From positions 90,411,423-90,475,422 of the forward strand of contig NC_058132.1 in NCBI RefSeq assembly GCF_016433145.1: a DNA stretch of 64,000 nt, written 5' to 3'. This document shows positions 47,300 to 60,186 of this stretch, piece by piece (position 1 is the stretch's first letter; every line of letters starts with the position of its first letter). This stretch comes from Gracilinanus agilis (taxonomy: Eukaryota). The translations under genes and the position numbers were made by a program. The notes under the pieces were generated by a model that did not search any database, had not been told where the DNA came from, and saw nothing but the letters and a program-made list of their open reading frames with translations.

Positions 47300-49490
47300 T
47301 GAATGATCTGGTCCTGGGACAAATACTATCAGAACCAGGTTGACCCCATAATAAATTTAAGAAATCAGTTAAACTTAAAGACAACAAAGCAAGAGAAATC
47401 AAAGTAGGATAAGACTATTGCTTGGTATAGATGAGGTGAAAATAATGGCCAAAGACAGAACTACTTACAGTTAATGAGCTTCTTCTTTACAGGACAAGAA
47501 GAATTAACTCTGAACTGGGAAGAATATATGAAAAAATGAGGAAATGAAAGACTGAAAACTAAGATAAGTGAGATGATAGTAAGAGAGGTAGTACAAGCCT
47601 TCAAATAATTCAAGTCACCAGATCCAATGCACAGCAATGAATAGCTAATGTATCACTGTCAGGAATTTTTTTTAATTACTGAGAAAAGCAGATGTGGCAA
47701 AGGATCTTAGGAAACAAAATATATCCAAATTTCAAGAAAGGGGAAAAGGTTTCTACAAACTATAGAAAATCAATATTGAATGTGCTCCAGATGCAATTCT
47801 TTTTCGTTGTTCAATCTCTTCAGTTATGTTTGACTCTGTAACTCCATTTGGGATTTTCTTGGCAAAGATAATGTAATGGTTTGCCAATTCTTTCTCCAGC
47901 TTATTTTACAGATGAGGAAACTGAGGAAACAAGGTTAAGTGACTTGCCTAGGGTCATCCAACTAATATCTGAGGCCATATCTGAACGCGGATCTTCCTGA
48001 CTCCAGGTCAGCTCAATTCTAGAGTATATTATGAGAGAGATTATTTATGAATATTTGAAATCAAACTTGCCAGTTAAAGCTAGCATACTTTCATTAAGAA
48101 TAGATCATTTCGGACTAGTCTAATTTTTTTTAGCCAGGATTAATAATAACTCTTCTCACTTGGATTTCAGAAAATCAGTTAACAAATTGATATACTATAC
48201 TTGAGGATAAAATGGGAATATGTTGTAAATGGTAATTAGTTGAATGCATTTGAAAATGAAAGAATTATCAGACATCAAGAGCATCTGTGAATGACTTGAT
48301 ATCAAATTTGAGGCAGGTTTTTAATGGAATGTGTAATATATGTGTTCTTGGCTCTATGCTGTTTGATATTTTTATCAGTGACAAATGCATATGTATATTT
48401 GTATATAAACACATACACACCTTCATATGTGTATATATGCATGTGTGGTGCATATATCATACCTACCTTGCAATTTGCAAAAAATAAAGAAAGGAAAAAA
48501 AGTTAACATGTTAGTTGACAGTCCAAGAAAGGCCTCAGCAAGTTAAACTGAGTGGCTTGATCCAATAAGATAAAGTTTGACAGGAATACAAGTAACATCC
48601 TTCAAATGGGTTTCAAAAATGAACTTCATGATTAAGATGTAAGAGATATTATTTGTTGAAAAACAGTCATTTGGGGGGATAAAATCTCAGGATGATATGG
48701 AAACTTCAGAATCAGTTCACAGTTTGAAACAGCAGTCAAATAATCTAACAACATTGCAGATTGAATTAAGAAATGATTTCCAAAACAAAGTAATTTATAG
48801 ATGTACTATGTTCTGCCATGATCAAACCATTTCTAGAATACTATATTCAGTCTTGAGTGCATCATGCTAGAAAAGACATTGGCAAGATGAAAAGCATCTA
48901 GATCAAAGGTTCTTAACCTGGGGTCCATGGACATCAAAAGAAGGAATCTATGGATAGATTTCAAAAGATCCATGAATTTGGAACTCTAAACTTTCTGATG
49001 CCTATATTTGAAATAGTCTTCTTCCTTTGTAATCCTGTGTTTCTAACTTATACACTTAAAACACATACAATTTGAGAATCCTAAATCTTGAAGATATTGA
49101 CCAGGGAATGGATTGGAGACTATGATATATAGGTTGAAGGATCTGGTGATAATTAGACTGAAGAATGGATGATGGTGGCATGATAATGTTCATCAATTAG
49201 TTGAAGAGCTGTCTGTGGAAACGGGACTAAACTTATTCTGTCTCCAGATGTAATAACTAGAAGTAGTTAGGAGTTATAATTGACTTTAGAAAATATTGTC
49301 TAAAAATTAGTTTTTTTTCCAAAAGTGAAATAAGTTGCCCTGGGAGGTAGTATATTTTGCTCTACTGGGGCTCTTCAAAGCAAAGGCTCTGTGGTTAATG
49401 GTGAGATATTATAGATAAGAGTCTTGTTCATGAATGGACTGAACTAGATGATTCATCTTAAGTCCCTTCCAGCTCCAAGATTTTGTGAGT
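47300..49490 (+). mobile_element. CR1/L3 LINE relic (RT region and 3' end), interrupted by MAR1 and Charlie pieces
   Basis: cacttggatttcagaaa, gtgttcttggctctatgctgtttgatatttttatcagtgac and 3' gaactagatgattcatcttaagtcccttccagctccaagatt are typical of L3/CR1. Confidence 0.65.
47800..48010 (-). mobile_element. MAR1-type SINE (CORE + RTE-derived tail)
   Basis: gttgttcaatc...ccatttgggattttcttggcaaagata...tttctccagcttattttacagatgaggaaactgagg. Confidence 0.8.
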
Positions 49491-50630
49491 CAGAGAATGT
49501 CAGAGATTGTAAGGGAAATTAAAACTAAATAGGAAGAGTACAACAAAGGTTATTAATCTGAGGTCATGAATTTTTAAAAATGATTTCTATACTTTAATAT
49601 GGAAACAGAAAGAAGACAAACACCAGAGAAGAAAGAATAAGAGGCAGAGGGGAACAGAGATAAAATTGAGGGAACAGAAAACTAGAGAGATGTCTCTTCC
49701 ATCTCTTCCTAGGGACTATGCCCAAACCACAGTTTCTTGCCATGCTTCACCTGACACTCTTTGTGAAAAATTTTGAGCTTCAAGTGGGACTGAAAAGGGC
49801 CACATTAGAGCCCATAGGCAATAAAAGGGAAGATCCTTCAGCTGAGGGAGGAAGGAGCAAAATTAGTTTTGTCTTCTTTTGTCTCAAGTGACCTGTTGAA
49901 GTTATTAGATAATTTGTCATTGACAAAAAGGAATGAGAAAAAAAATGGAAGCCAAGACACAGGAGAGAATTCTTCACAATACCCCCCAAAATCAGAGGTT
50001 CTAAAGATTCTTTCCTAGTCATACTAATATCTCAGATCCTCTATCTTGATCCTCAGATCAGGCAGGGGTAATTTCAGAGAAAAAAAATTCCAGGTCCAGT
50101 TTATTGATGTTGAAGGAATCTAGGAGCACGTTATTACAATCAGCAAAGACATCAAGATATGGAAATCCAAATAGTTAGGAAGTTAATCAAAGAAAAAGAT
50201 TTGTGAATGCTTTTGGTAAGAAGTCTGTGTGGAGGTAGCTCAGATAAATTAGATTGGATCTCTTCTATCATATTTTTCATCTATAACATTATACTGCAAC
50301 TCCAAGTAATCTTCAAATCATCTTGTTGAAATAGTTACAGAGATGTCACCTACTCCTTTACCCCTTTTGGTAGAAAAACAATTATTGCATGCAAGACATT
50401 GTGCTAAATACTGGGGATAGAAACACAAATAAGCCAGAAAGAACCTACTCTCAAGGAGTTTATATTCTAGTGAAGGAAGACATCACATACAGGAATGTTA
50501 GACATGAGAAATTAGAGGAAGAAGTGTGGCAATGTGACAAATGAGGAGAAAGAGATGGAACTTGGAATTCATCAAGGTAAGAATGAGGTGAAACATAATT
50601 AGAGTACTTTCTTAGTTAATGCCCGTCTTC

Positions 50631-50834
50631 TTTTTTTTTAAAACCCTTACCTTCCATCTTGGAGTCAATATTGTGTATTGGCTCCAAGGCAGAATAGTGG
50701 TAAGGACTAGGCAATGGGGGTTAAGTGACTTGCCCAGGGTCACACAGCTGGGAAGTGTCTGAGGCCAGATTTGAACCTAGGACCTCCCATTTCTAGGCCT
50801 AGTTCTCAATCCACTGAGCTACCCAGTTTCCCCC
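50631..50834 (-). mobile_element. SINE1_Mdo-type SINE
   Basis: Near-consensus antisense copy aaacccttaccttccatcttggagtcaata...ccactgagctacccag. Confidence 0.92.
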
Positions 50835-51424
50835 GAGTCCTTTCTAAAATGGAATTTCTGAGTAGAGACCACCAGCGAGAGGAGAGTCTTATAAATATTT
50901 CCTAGGATGGCAATATAGAAGGCAAGGAGAGGTTGCACTCCAGTCCCTTTGGAAACATGGTGGTAGAGGTGAAGGCGGAGTATCTCTGACTTCTGTTCTA
51001 AAAAATCCTCAGGGGTATTGAATCCAATGCTTTTCCTTCCTTTGTTTAATTCAAGAGTTTGAAAAAATGAAGTGCTTACATTGTTCAAATCCCTATAGTA
51101 GTCTCTGAGAATATAAAGATAAATAAAATATGACCCCTGACTTTTGCAGCACTCATACAAATAATGGCAATACAAACTGACAATGATAGGTCCTTGAAAG
51201 GAGTACAAACCAAAGGCTATTTGAATTCTAAGAAGGAAGGAAAAGATCGTTTCAGGGAAACTTTCACAGAGGAGACAACATTGGGCTAAATTTGGAAGAC
51301 TGCATATAATTTGTATATGTTACTATAAGTAAAAGTCATTGTTAATATATTATTATTATTGTGAGCAGCATTCTCTATATGAATGTTTCCTTTAAAAATC
51401 CATTGTTTTATGGAAGTTTTTTCC

Positions 51425-51625
51425 ACCCTCTCTAGAATGCTCCTTTTTATAAAGGTCTTCATTAGAATGTTCATTTTATTTTTTAAAATATGTATTGTCA
51501 CTTGGAATACTTCTTTATGAGAATGTGCTCCTTCTTAGAATGCTCTTTGTTAGAAAGTTCTATTTTAGAAGGTTGATATTTAGACTCTTCCTTCTTGGAA
51601 TGTTTTGTTAGAATTTTCTTTAGTG
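51425..51625. repeat. Degenerate ~15-bp tandem repeat (consensus ~ttcttagaatgttc)
   Basis: About ten copies of (t/c)tagaatg-like cores. Confidence 0.6.
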
Positions 51626-52639
51626 TAGACTTTGATAGTCCTTTTCCCAATCCCCAGTCTTTTCAGATGGATTTTTTCCCTCTCCTTGTGTTTCTAGGAG
51701 GAGAGAAAGCCTAAAACCAGACCACAGGGTGTGTGTATTTAGTCAAAGATATGAAAAGTTAGGTATCCAGATGACATACAAACTCCAAAATGCCTTTCCA
51801 AGGACAAATCATTCCCCATCTCATTTCTAATTCAATGTACCCTTTTTTTTAATGTCTCCTGAAATTTCCCAGCTCCATTAGAATGAAAGTATCTCTACTC
51901 AGTCATACTATGAAAATATTAAACTGAGTCTCAGAGAGCAGGAAATGTGCTTTAAGCAAATAAAAGACCTTTAAGATAAATAGTCCCTTAGGAAAACTCC
52001 TTGTAGCTGAGAGTACAGACATCAAAAGTCTAATCTTTCCATAGCTAGTGACTCATTATAACGCTACCAACACCCACAAATTGACTTATTATTTTAGATA
52101 TATTTAACCAGTACAGTGTGAGTGTTTTTGGACAAGTCATTTAATCACACTGGGCCTCAATTGGGCCATCAATTAAATGAGGAATGATACCCGATCCTTG
52201 CTTGATTTACTCCTCAGGGACCATGAGGAGTAAATGTCTAAAGTTGTTTTAACTTAGAATTCTGATAAACTAAATGGAAAAGCACTTTGGACAGATGATA
52301 TGCCAATAGAAGTATGAGGCACTTGTGGAAAGAGCTATGGTTGTAAAGTCATAGGACTTCCATCTTCAGTACTAGTACCTGTATGACCCTAGAAAAGTCA
52401 CCTTAGCTCTCTAGGTCTCAGTTAATTATCTCTAAAAGAAATTAATTGTGCTACATGGCTTCTTAGATCCTTTCTACATTTAAATTTTGTAGTATCTTTA
52501 TTTCCTTGTATGTAATATGTGGGGAATATACTAAATGATATCTAAGAACTTAACATTTTAAAATCCTAGATCTATGAAATATCTCTAATTGTTATTTTTA
52601 GGTTCTCCTGGTTTCTTTCTATTCAAAGGGACAAAGACC

Positions 52640-53587
52640 ATGTATGCCATGTCTACCCACAACCACACTCACTCTGGTGTGCTGACCTTCCTCCTTCCCA
52701 GCCTCCCAGGGCCAGGGGGCTCAGGATTCCTCACCATCCTTGGTTTGACCTATAGCACCACCCTTCTGGGAAATGGTCTGATCCTCCTCACCATCTGTGC
52801 TAACACCTACCTGCACCAACCTCAGTTCTTGCTACTGGCTCTGTTGGCCACTACAGACCTTGGTCTGGCCCTTTCTATGCTGCCCACCATTCTGGATGCT
52901 CTGTGGTTCCCAGCCCCTATTATCTCTAGGGATGTATGCCTCCTCCAAATGTGCTGCCTTTATGCCATCTCCACCGGGCAGTCCTCCGTGCTGCTGGCCA
53001 TGGCCTTGGACCGTTGGCTAGCTGTGTGTCACCCTCTCTACTATGTGGCCTTCCTTACCCCCAACCGCCTTGCCTGGACCAGCCTGGCTTTCATTCTCCG
53101 GGCCACCATCCCTCTGTTGCCCACACCCTTGCTGATACCATCCTGCAATGCTCATAATCTCTCCCTCCCTTTCTGCTTCCCAACAGAAGTGCTGAAGCTA
53201 TCCTGTGGAGGACTAGGGTGGACCTATCCAGTTGTGACTATGCTTACTACAGCCACTATGGATATAGTCCTCATTACCATCTCCTATAGTCTGGTCCTCC
53301 GGGAAGTGATGCAGAGGATATCTCCTGCTGGGCAGCACAAAGCCCTGAGAACATGCACTGCCCACCTCTGTGCCCTCCTTGTTTTTTATGGACCTCTTTT
53401 TGCTTCAGTCCTATTCCCTGACTCACTTCCAGGAAGCTTTGCCTCTCTTGGTCTTCTTGCATCCCCTGCCCTCCATCCCCTTGTCTATGGGATACAATCT
53501 CACCGGCTCCGGCGTGGCCTGCTTGGTGTCCTTGGTTGCCCCTCGACTTCAAGGATTGCTCCCAACCTAAAGAGGCCACGTCCCTAA
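52640..53587 (+). CDS. Highly divergent class I-type olfactory receptor (315 aa from ATG 52640; 312 aa from ATG 52649)
   Basis: Uninterrupted ORF with NHT sequon, GN, LHQP, TM2 D, TM3 C, SSVLLAMALDRWLAVCHPLYY, three ECL2 cysteines, SY, KALRTCTAHL, FYGP, PALHPLVYG; the ORF-track start 52589 is a TTG. Confidence 0.85.
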   Translation: MYAMSTHNHTHSGVLTFLLPSLPGPGGSGFLTILGLTYSTTLLGNGLILLTICANTYLHQPQFLLLALLATTDLGLALSMLPTILDALWFPAPIISRDVCLLQMCCLYAISTGQSSVLLAMALDRWLAVCHPLYYVAFLTPNRLAWTSLAFILRATIPLLPTPLLIPSCNAHNLSLPFCFPTEVLKLSCGGLGWTYPVVTMLTTATMDIVLITISYSLVLREVMQRISPAGQHKALRTCTAHLCALLVFYGPLFASVLFPDSLPGSFASLGLLASPALHPLVYGIQSHRLRRGLLGVLGCPSTSRIAPNLKRPRP

Positions 53588-54289
53588 GATACAGACTTTC
53601 CAAAGTGAACCAGAACTCAGGTTATTATTGGAGGCTGGAGCTCCTCATTCCCTCCAATTCCATGTTTCTTGCTGATCCCAGTCACTCAGACATCTAGGAA
53701 CAGGCATTCAAAGACATGCAGCAGGATGGACGGAGGTTAGATACCAATATTAAGTTCTTTAGGGAGAGAGCAATATTATTCATTCTTGTGTGAGTGAAGA
53801 GGTGATGGAATCCTGTTTTTAAGGGACTAGAATAAAATAAACCCCCTGGATTATGCTCCTCATCTCTTCATGCCCAGGTACAGGGGAAGAGTTGTATCAA
53901 CCAGTACTGCCCAGGAGTGAGACTGAGATGAGGGTTTATCACATCTTCCTTTCCAATGCAGATTCAATCTGGCAGGAAAGGAAATCCATCTAATGGGATT
54001 TGATGGGCAAAAGGAAGAACTCAAGAAGGCTCTAAGAATGATTTTGGCAAATATTCCAAAGATTGGCACTGATTTTTCTAAAATATTCTACCCATTAGGC
54101 TTCAAGGGCTAGACAATGGGTATCTTACAGAGATCAGAAAGTGATTCTGAAGAAAATCAGTCATCCTGACTTGAAAGAAAAATATGATACTCATTAGAGG
54201 GAAGAGGAGTTAAGTGCAATCAAGAAACAATTTAGCTCACCAGATGGTGATCCTGTATTAAGTACCTACTATGGTCTGGAGGTAGGTGG

Positions 54290-54532
54290 GGTGAAAGCTA
54301 AATGGCACAGTAGATACCATGCTAGGCCTGAAGTCAGGAAGACTCATCTTTCTGTGTTCAAATTTGGCCTCGGACACTTGATAGCTGTGTGATCCTGGGC
54401 AAGTCGTTTAACACTGCCTCAGTTTCCTCATTTGTCAAATTAGCTGGAGAAGGAAATAGCAAACTGTTCCAGTATCTTTGCCAAGAGATACCGTAATGGG
54501 GTCACAAAGTCAGACACAATTGAACAGCAATG
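54290..54532 (+). mobile_element. MAR1-type SINE
   Basis: aggcctgaagtcaggaagactcatc...gctggagaaggaaatagcaaactgttccagtatctttgccaag...cagacacaattgaacagcaa. Confidence 0.85.
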
Positions 54533-54534
54533 AC

Positions 54535-57190
54535 AATGCTCCAGGAACTTGCTAAGTGCTGGAAAGAAAACGAAAGGAGAAAAAAAGTAGCCCCTGGTCC
54601 CAGGTGCTCACATTCTGATGGAGGAGAAAACAGGCAAACTACAATGTACAAACAAGAACCATATAGAGAAAATCTCATAGAAGGGACAGACTAACATGAA
54701 AGGGGACTCAGAAAGGCTTCTTGTAGAAGTCTCTAAATTGAACTGAGTCATTAGCCAAGATCTGAAGGAAACTAAGAAAGCTAGAAAATGGAGATGAGGA
54801 TGGAGAGAGTTCCAGGCATGAGGAACTGAGAGTGAAAATTCTTTTCTGGAGATGGAATGTCATAGACAAAGCAATACAAAGAGGTCAGTCTTGCTGAATC
54901 AGTGTGGGGATGAGAAAGATGTAAGAAGACTATAAAGCAAAGAGGGAGCCAAGGTATGAAGGACTATCAAAGCTGAACAGGGTTTTACATTTATTTGGGA
55001 GGAAATCGTGAACCCCTAAAGTAGAGAATGCAGGGGAGATGTGATCTGATAGAAGCATTAGGATTCCTAATTGTGGGACCCTATTGTGTTTGCTATGGCA
55101 GTTTTGTGAGGGAATAAAAACTGCCCTCCTCAGCCCTATCCCCAGGGATATCACAGGAAATGGACCAATCCCAGGTCAATCTATACCCAGAACATTCTGG
55201 TCTTAAAACTAAGCAAATACTCCACATTCTTGTATTCACGGAAACAGCTCCTTAAGATCCACCTACTTTAGGAAGCCTTTCCAGGTCCATGGCTGGGATG
55301 TTTTTCCTCTATTTTAAGCCATGACTTCATGAACCTCCATGCTCTGAATAGATACTGAATTCTCCTCTCTCTGTAAAACGAGGATCTGTTTTTCATGACC
55401 TACTTATTTGTTGTTCATTGATGTAGGTCAGGATCTTGTTAGAACTGGAGAGGAACTAGTTAACTCCTTACATTCTCACAAGACCAGCTGGTATTGTTGT
55501 GAGCACGAAGACTTAGTGTATTCCTAGAGAAATTTGGCTTCACTTTGCTCTCAGATGGATTATCTGGGGCCAGCTATCATTATCATCATCAACAACCAGC
55601 TTTTATAAAAATGCCTATTATATGCCAGGCACTCTGTCAAGCACTGGAGATGTAAAGGTATAAACTGTCAGAGACCTTGAGGAGCTCACATTCTAATTGG
55701 GGAGACAATATGCAAACAAATATGTATACATATGATATGAATAGAATGAATGGGAAACAATTAGAGAGAAAAGGCTCTAGCAGTGGGGAGGGGGGAACCA
55801 TTAAAGGCTTTCTGAATAAATCTCAAGCATTTCTGAGTGAAGAGGATGTAAAATTTGTCCGAGATCTTGCAGAGAGCTCCCAAGTTCCCAAAAAACCTCT
55901 ATTTCGATTGCTTTTAACCTCTTTCCCACTGACTTTTTATCTTCTTAAAATTCTTTTGAACTACTTTTGAAATGTCTTAGGTCAAGAAGTATTGAATATA
56001 TATACATACATGCACATATATGTGTTGTGTATGTGTGTGGTGATTTTTAAAAAAAATTACTTGTTTTTTTCTTACCAAGAATCATCCCAAATAAGAAGAA
56101 TATAAACTAGATGATCATTTATTTAACTATGTTTTTTTCTTTTGAACTTTTTTCAATTAATTTAAACCTTTTTTTTCTTTCTCCCACTTCCCTATCACTG
56201 AAAAAAAAATAGAAAAAGAAAGTCATGTTACAAATCCTGGTCCGTCCATTCATTATGCATTCCAGTATTTCCTTAGCCTATTTTAAACTCAAAGCTTTCA
56301 CGAATCCATTGTCTGTTTTTTATGTATACTTATGTCCCAGGCTCTATGTCAAGATCTCTGCATCTGGATCAGTCAGGAGTCCATGAGATTAGTGTGTCAA
56401 ACTAAGCGCCTTAGAAGCAGAGTGTGTATATCTGTGACAGTCTGGAGAAGAGGTCCCTGCGGGGAGGCAGTGTGTCAGATTGGGGTCCCTGGAGGCAGCG
56501 TCTTTGTGAAAGTCAATTCAATGTAAGCTAATTCAAATCAGTGCACACTTATGAAACTTTTTCTATGTCCTGAAAAAATATAATACGTTCAAAAGGAAGA
56601 AAAAATGTGTCAGCAGAGTCCCTGCTCCTATCATGTTTCTAGTCTAGAAAGAGGAGAAGCTACAAACACAGATAGACAGTATATATAATAACACAGAAGT
56701 ACACTGGAGATGTGTCCAGTGAAGTTTTATGTGAAGCCTAAAAAGGAAGTTTATTTCTGACTGAGGAAGGATCAGGTTAGGCTTGTTGGCAGTTAGCATT
56801 TCAGATGGGCTTTAAGGAGGCATACAGCTACAAAGGCATGAGAACTGAAAAGGAGACTCACTGTGATAAGCAATTATTAAGTGCCTACAGTATACTAGTG
56901 CTGAGACCTAGGGAGGAAAAAGACAAAATCAAAACATTCCAAGCATGGGAAATGGCATAAGTAAAGGCATGAGATGGCAGAGTGTCAGCTCTGCTGACAT
57001 AAGCACAATAATCCCAGTTGGGTAAGAATGTCGAATTAATACATCAGAATAATAAGAGATAGGCCTAATGAGTTGAGATAGCACTAAATTGTGAAACAAC
57101 TTGAATACTAGGTTAGTCTATTTAGCCAATGTTAGGTATTTAATAGGGAGCCATTCAAACTTCATTAACAGATTAGTGAATTGGAATCAT
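54535..57190 (-). mobile_element. Patchwork of antisense L2 fragments plus a short old L1 3' end (~56040-56330)
   Basis: Repeated L2 landmarks (gccctcaaggagctcacattcta-like, ataagcaattattaagtgcctacagtatactagtgctg). Confidence 0.55.
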
Positions 57191-58604
57191 CTGAGGACAG
57201 GACAAGGTCTGTGTCTTTAAGTCAAATGGTAGACTACAGGACAGAATCTCTGTGTTTTTATGTCAGATTGAGAGTCCTTTGCTATATAGTGCCTAATTTA
57301 ATCCAATAAATATTTGTTATTTGCCTACCATGTGCAAGGTAGCCTGAGCCTGTGTTACGGTTTTATAAAAAAATGATAATTATATTTCAATATAATTGAT
57401 TTCATTCATATTCTTATGTATTTTATTTCATGCATTTAAAACATTATTCTAAGAAGAAATTCATTGACTTCCACAGATTGTCAAAGGGGTTCAGGACTCA
57501 AAACACTTAGAACTAGTAGTAAGCACTTTCTAGTTGAATTCCTTGCACACAAAGTGACAAGAATAGCTACTGGGTATCTTGATCAAGAAGCACTTGTTTA
57601 GGAACAGTGAGAGGAGACAATAAAAGGAAGAAAGTCACTATCACAAAATCTTTAAAGTTGGGAAAGATCTCAAAGACATAAAACTCAAGCTGGAATTGCA
57701 ATCCAAAAACCCAGGATCCAATACCCCAATGAGCAGTTAGCCAATCTCTGCTTGAAACTCTTCAATAATGGGAAATTCACTCTTCAATGAGGCAGTCAAT
57801 CCCATTTGGGGGTATGGTAATTATTAGAAAGCATATTCTTATGTTAAACTAAAATATGTTTTTTCTAAAATTTTCACCCATTTTTCTTACTTCTACCTCC
57901 TGGGACCAAACAAATGAAATTAAACTCTTCTTCAACATTGCCTAATTTCAAATGCTTCATAATAATATGTGTGAACCAAGTAAAGTGTTCCCATCTCTAG
58001 GCTTCAGGTCAACCAGGCTTTTATGACATAGTCTTTAGCCTAATCATACTTTTAGTGTTTTCCAATGTGGCAATACTCTCTTAATATCGTACCCAGAATT
58101 GAACATAAACATTTTCTGACATTTCTTCCCTCATTCTTGTTGTTCTAACTATATAAATCTAGTTTTCGTTAGACCCAACTCCCTTCCTTTCTCTAACTCA
58201 TTACAACTTAACCCCTGTACCCCACATGCTCTCTTCATGATATTCCCTCTGGACCTTGAGTACATAGTCTAGAGAAATAGTGGCCAAAACATACTTTACT
58301 TATATGCAGACTTTTTTCCTAGAAACTGGAATTCAGAAGGAAGCTGTCATAGCCTGTATAGAGACTTCCATAATGCATCACTATCCTTGGTAATGCATTG
58401 ATCCCATGGGCCCTAGATCAACCCAATTATCCTGTCAACTGTATGCTTGTAAAGTTGGAAGTCGTTGCCTTCCAAGATGAAGTAATGCATTATGTAACAG
58501 AACCACCCTAGGGTATTACTGACCACATAGTTTCATCACATATTAGTTCCTTCTCAGAAATTACCCATTGGGTTTGGATTGGATTTGGTCAGAGTGTTCT
58601 TTCT

Positions 58605-60180
58605 TTTTTAAAAAATTACATTTTCCCCATTTGTATATAGACATGATTTTAATAGTCATTTTATGACATTTTGCAATCCATGTTCTTTCTTTAACTCTCT
58701 CCTTTAACTCTTCCCCTCCCCAAGACAGCAAGTAATGTCATACAGGTAATACATGTGCATTTCAATGCATATTTCCATATTTGTCATATGGCTTATATAA
58801 GAAAAAACTCTTAAAGGAAATAAAGTGGAAAATGATTTTCTTAAATCTGCATTCAGACTCTATTAGTTGCTTCTATGGTAATGGATTGCATCTTTCATTA
58901 TTAATCTTTTGGAGTTGTCTAGGATCCTTGATGACAACATTATTTTAGTTAATTCTATTACTAACAGTCACAGAGGTTAAAACAAAGAACTCAAATGACT
59001 GAATTGGCTATGAATTGGTCTTGCTTAGTTCCTAGAACCTGGAGGACTACATTTTTAAAAAGTCAATAAAATTATAAGAATCAGAGATGAACTTTTAAAG
59101 ATAGATAAAGATTGAATTAACTATGAATTGGGTTTACTTCTTTTCCGAGGACTGAGTTTAAAGAAAAAAAAACACCTTCAATTATATCTCAATCACTCAA
59201 ACACCTGGGATTCGACTACAACTAATACATCTTTCCCAAGCATCTCTGACTTTCTTTCCTAAGTTTCAGTGAACTCTTGTGATCACATTATTATTCACCT
59301 CTGTCCTAAAACTAGATAGGAATTCCACTTTCTATAGATCAGTGAAAATTACCAGTATCACATTGCTGGTATCTTTTCCCAAAACTATAGTCATCCCAGG
59401 CCATGGCTTTGTTTGATGGTTTTGATTATATGCTCTCTTTCCCTGAGAAAACTTGTTATTATAACTACTACTCTGGGAGTTCTGATTATTTTTCAAGTTG
59501 ACACTGATAATAGTTAAATCATTCATAGTCAATCATCATACATTATTGCTGTTTCCATGATTCTGGACATTTTGTGTCACTTCATAGATGTCTTTCCAAG
59601 TTATTTTGTGGTTATCATATTTATCATTTTTATAGTACAATAGTATTTTAACATAATCATATACGACAACTTGTTCAGCCATTCCCCAGTTAATAGATAT
59701 CCCTCCTGTTTCCAATTCTTTGCCACCACAAAAAGAGCTATTGTAAATATTTTTGTGCAAGTAGAGTCTTTCCTCCATATTTGATCTTCCCCCTGTCTTT
59801 GATATAGACATAGTAGGTATATTTGCTGGGTCAAAGCATATTCCCAGTTTTAAGGCCCTTTGGGCATGTTTACAAATTGCTCTCCAAGACAGTTATATCA
59901 GTTCACAGCTCCACTAACAGTGTATCAGTCCATTTTTGCCATATTAGCCAATTTGTTGATAGGCATGAGGTGGTTATCTCAGAGTTGTTTTAATTTGCAT
60001 TTTTCTCATCAATAATGATTTGAAGGATTTTTTATCTGACTAAAGACAATTTTATCTTCTTCATCTGAGCATTGTCTGTTCATATCCTTTGACCATTTGT
60101 AAATTGGGGGATGCTTTGTATTCTTATAAATTTGACTCCGTTCTCTATATTCTTAAGAAATGAGATTCTTGTCAGATATA
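58605..60180 (-). mobile_element. Old 5'-truncated L1 (ORF2 C-terminus + 3'UTR), interrupted at ~58937-59498
   Basis: ORF 59601-59834 (KIFTIALFVVAKNWKQ...GEWLNKL); homology resumes across the insert. Confidence 0.8.
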
Positions 60181-60186
60181 CTTTCA

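Noticed and set aside
52589-52639. 17-aa N-terminal extension of the divergent OR
   Set aside because: Starts at TTG and overlaps likely splice-acceptor sequence (ctaat...tttttag 52601; tttctttctattcaaag 52628); ATG 52640 or 52649 gives a normal OR N-terminus.
52797-53603. Overlapping ORFs in other frames of the divergent OR (and of the other ORs)
   Set aside because: Expected by-products of GC-richer coding DNA; no motifs.
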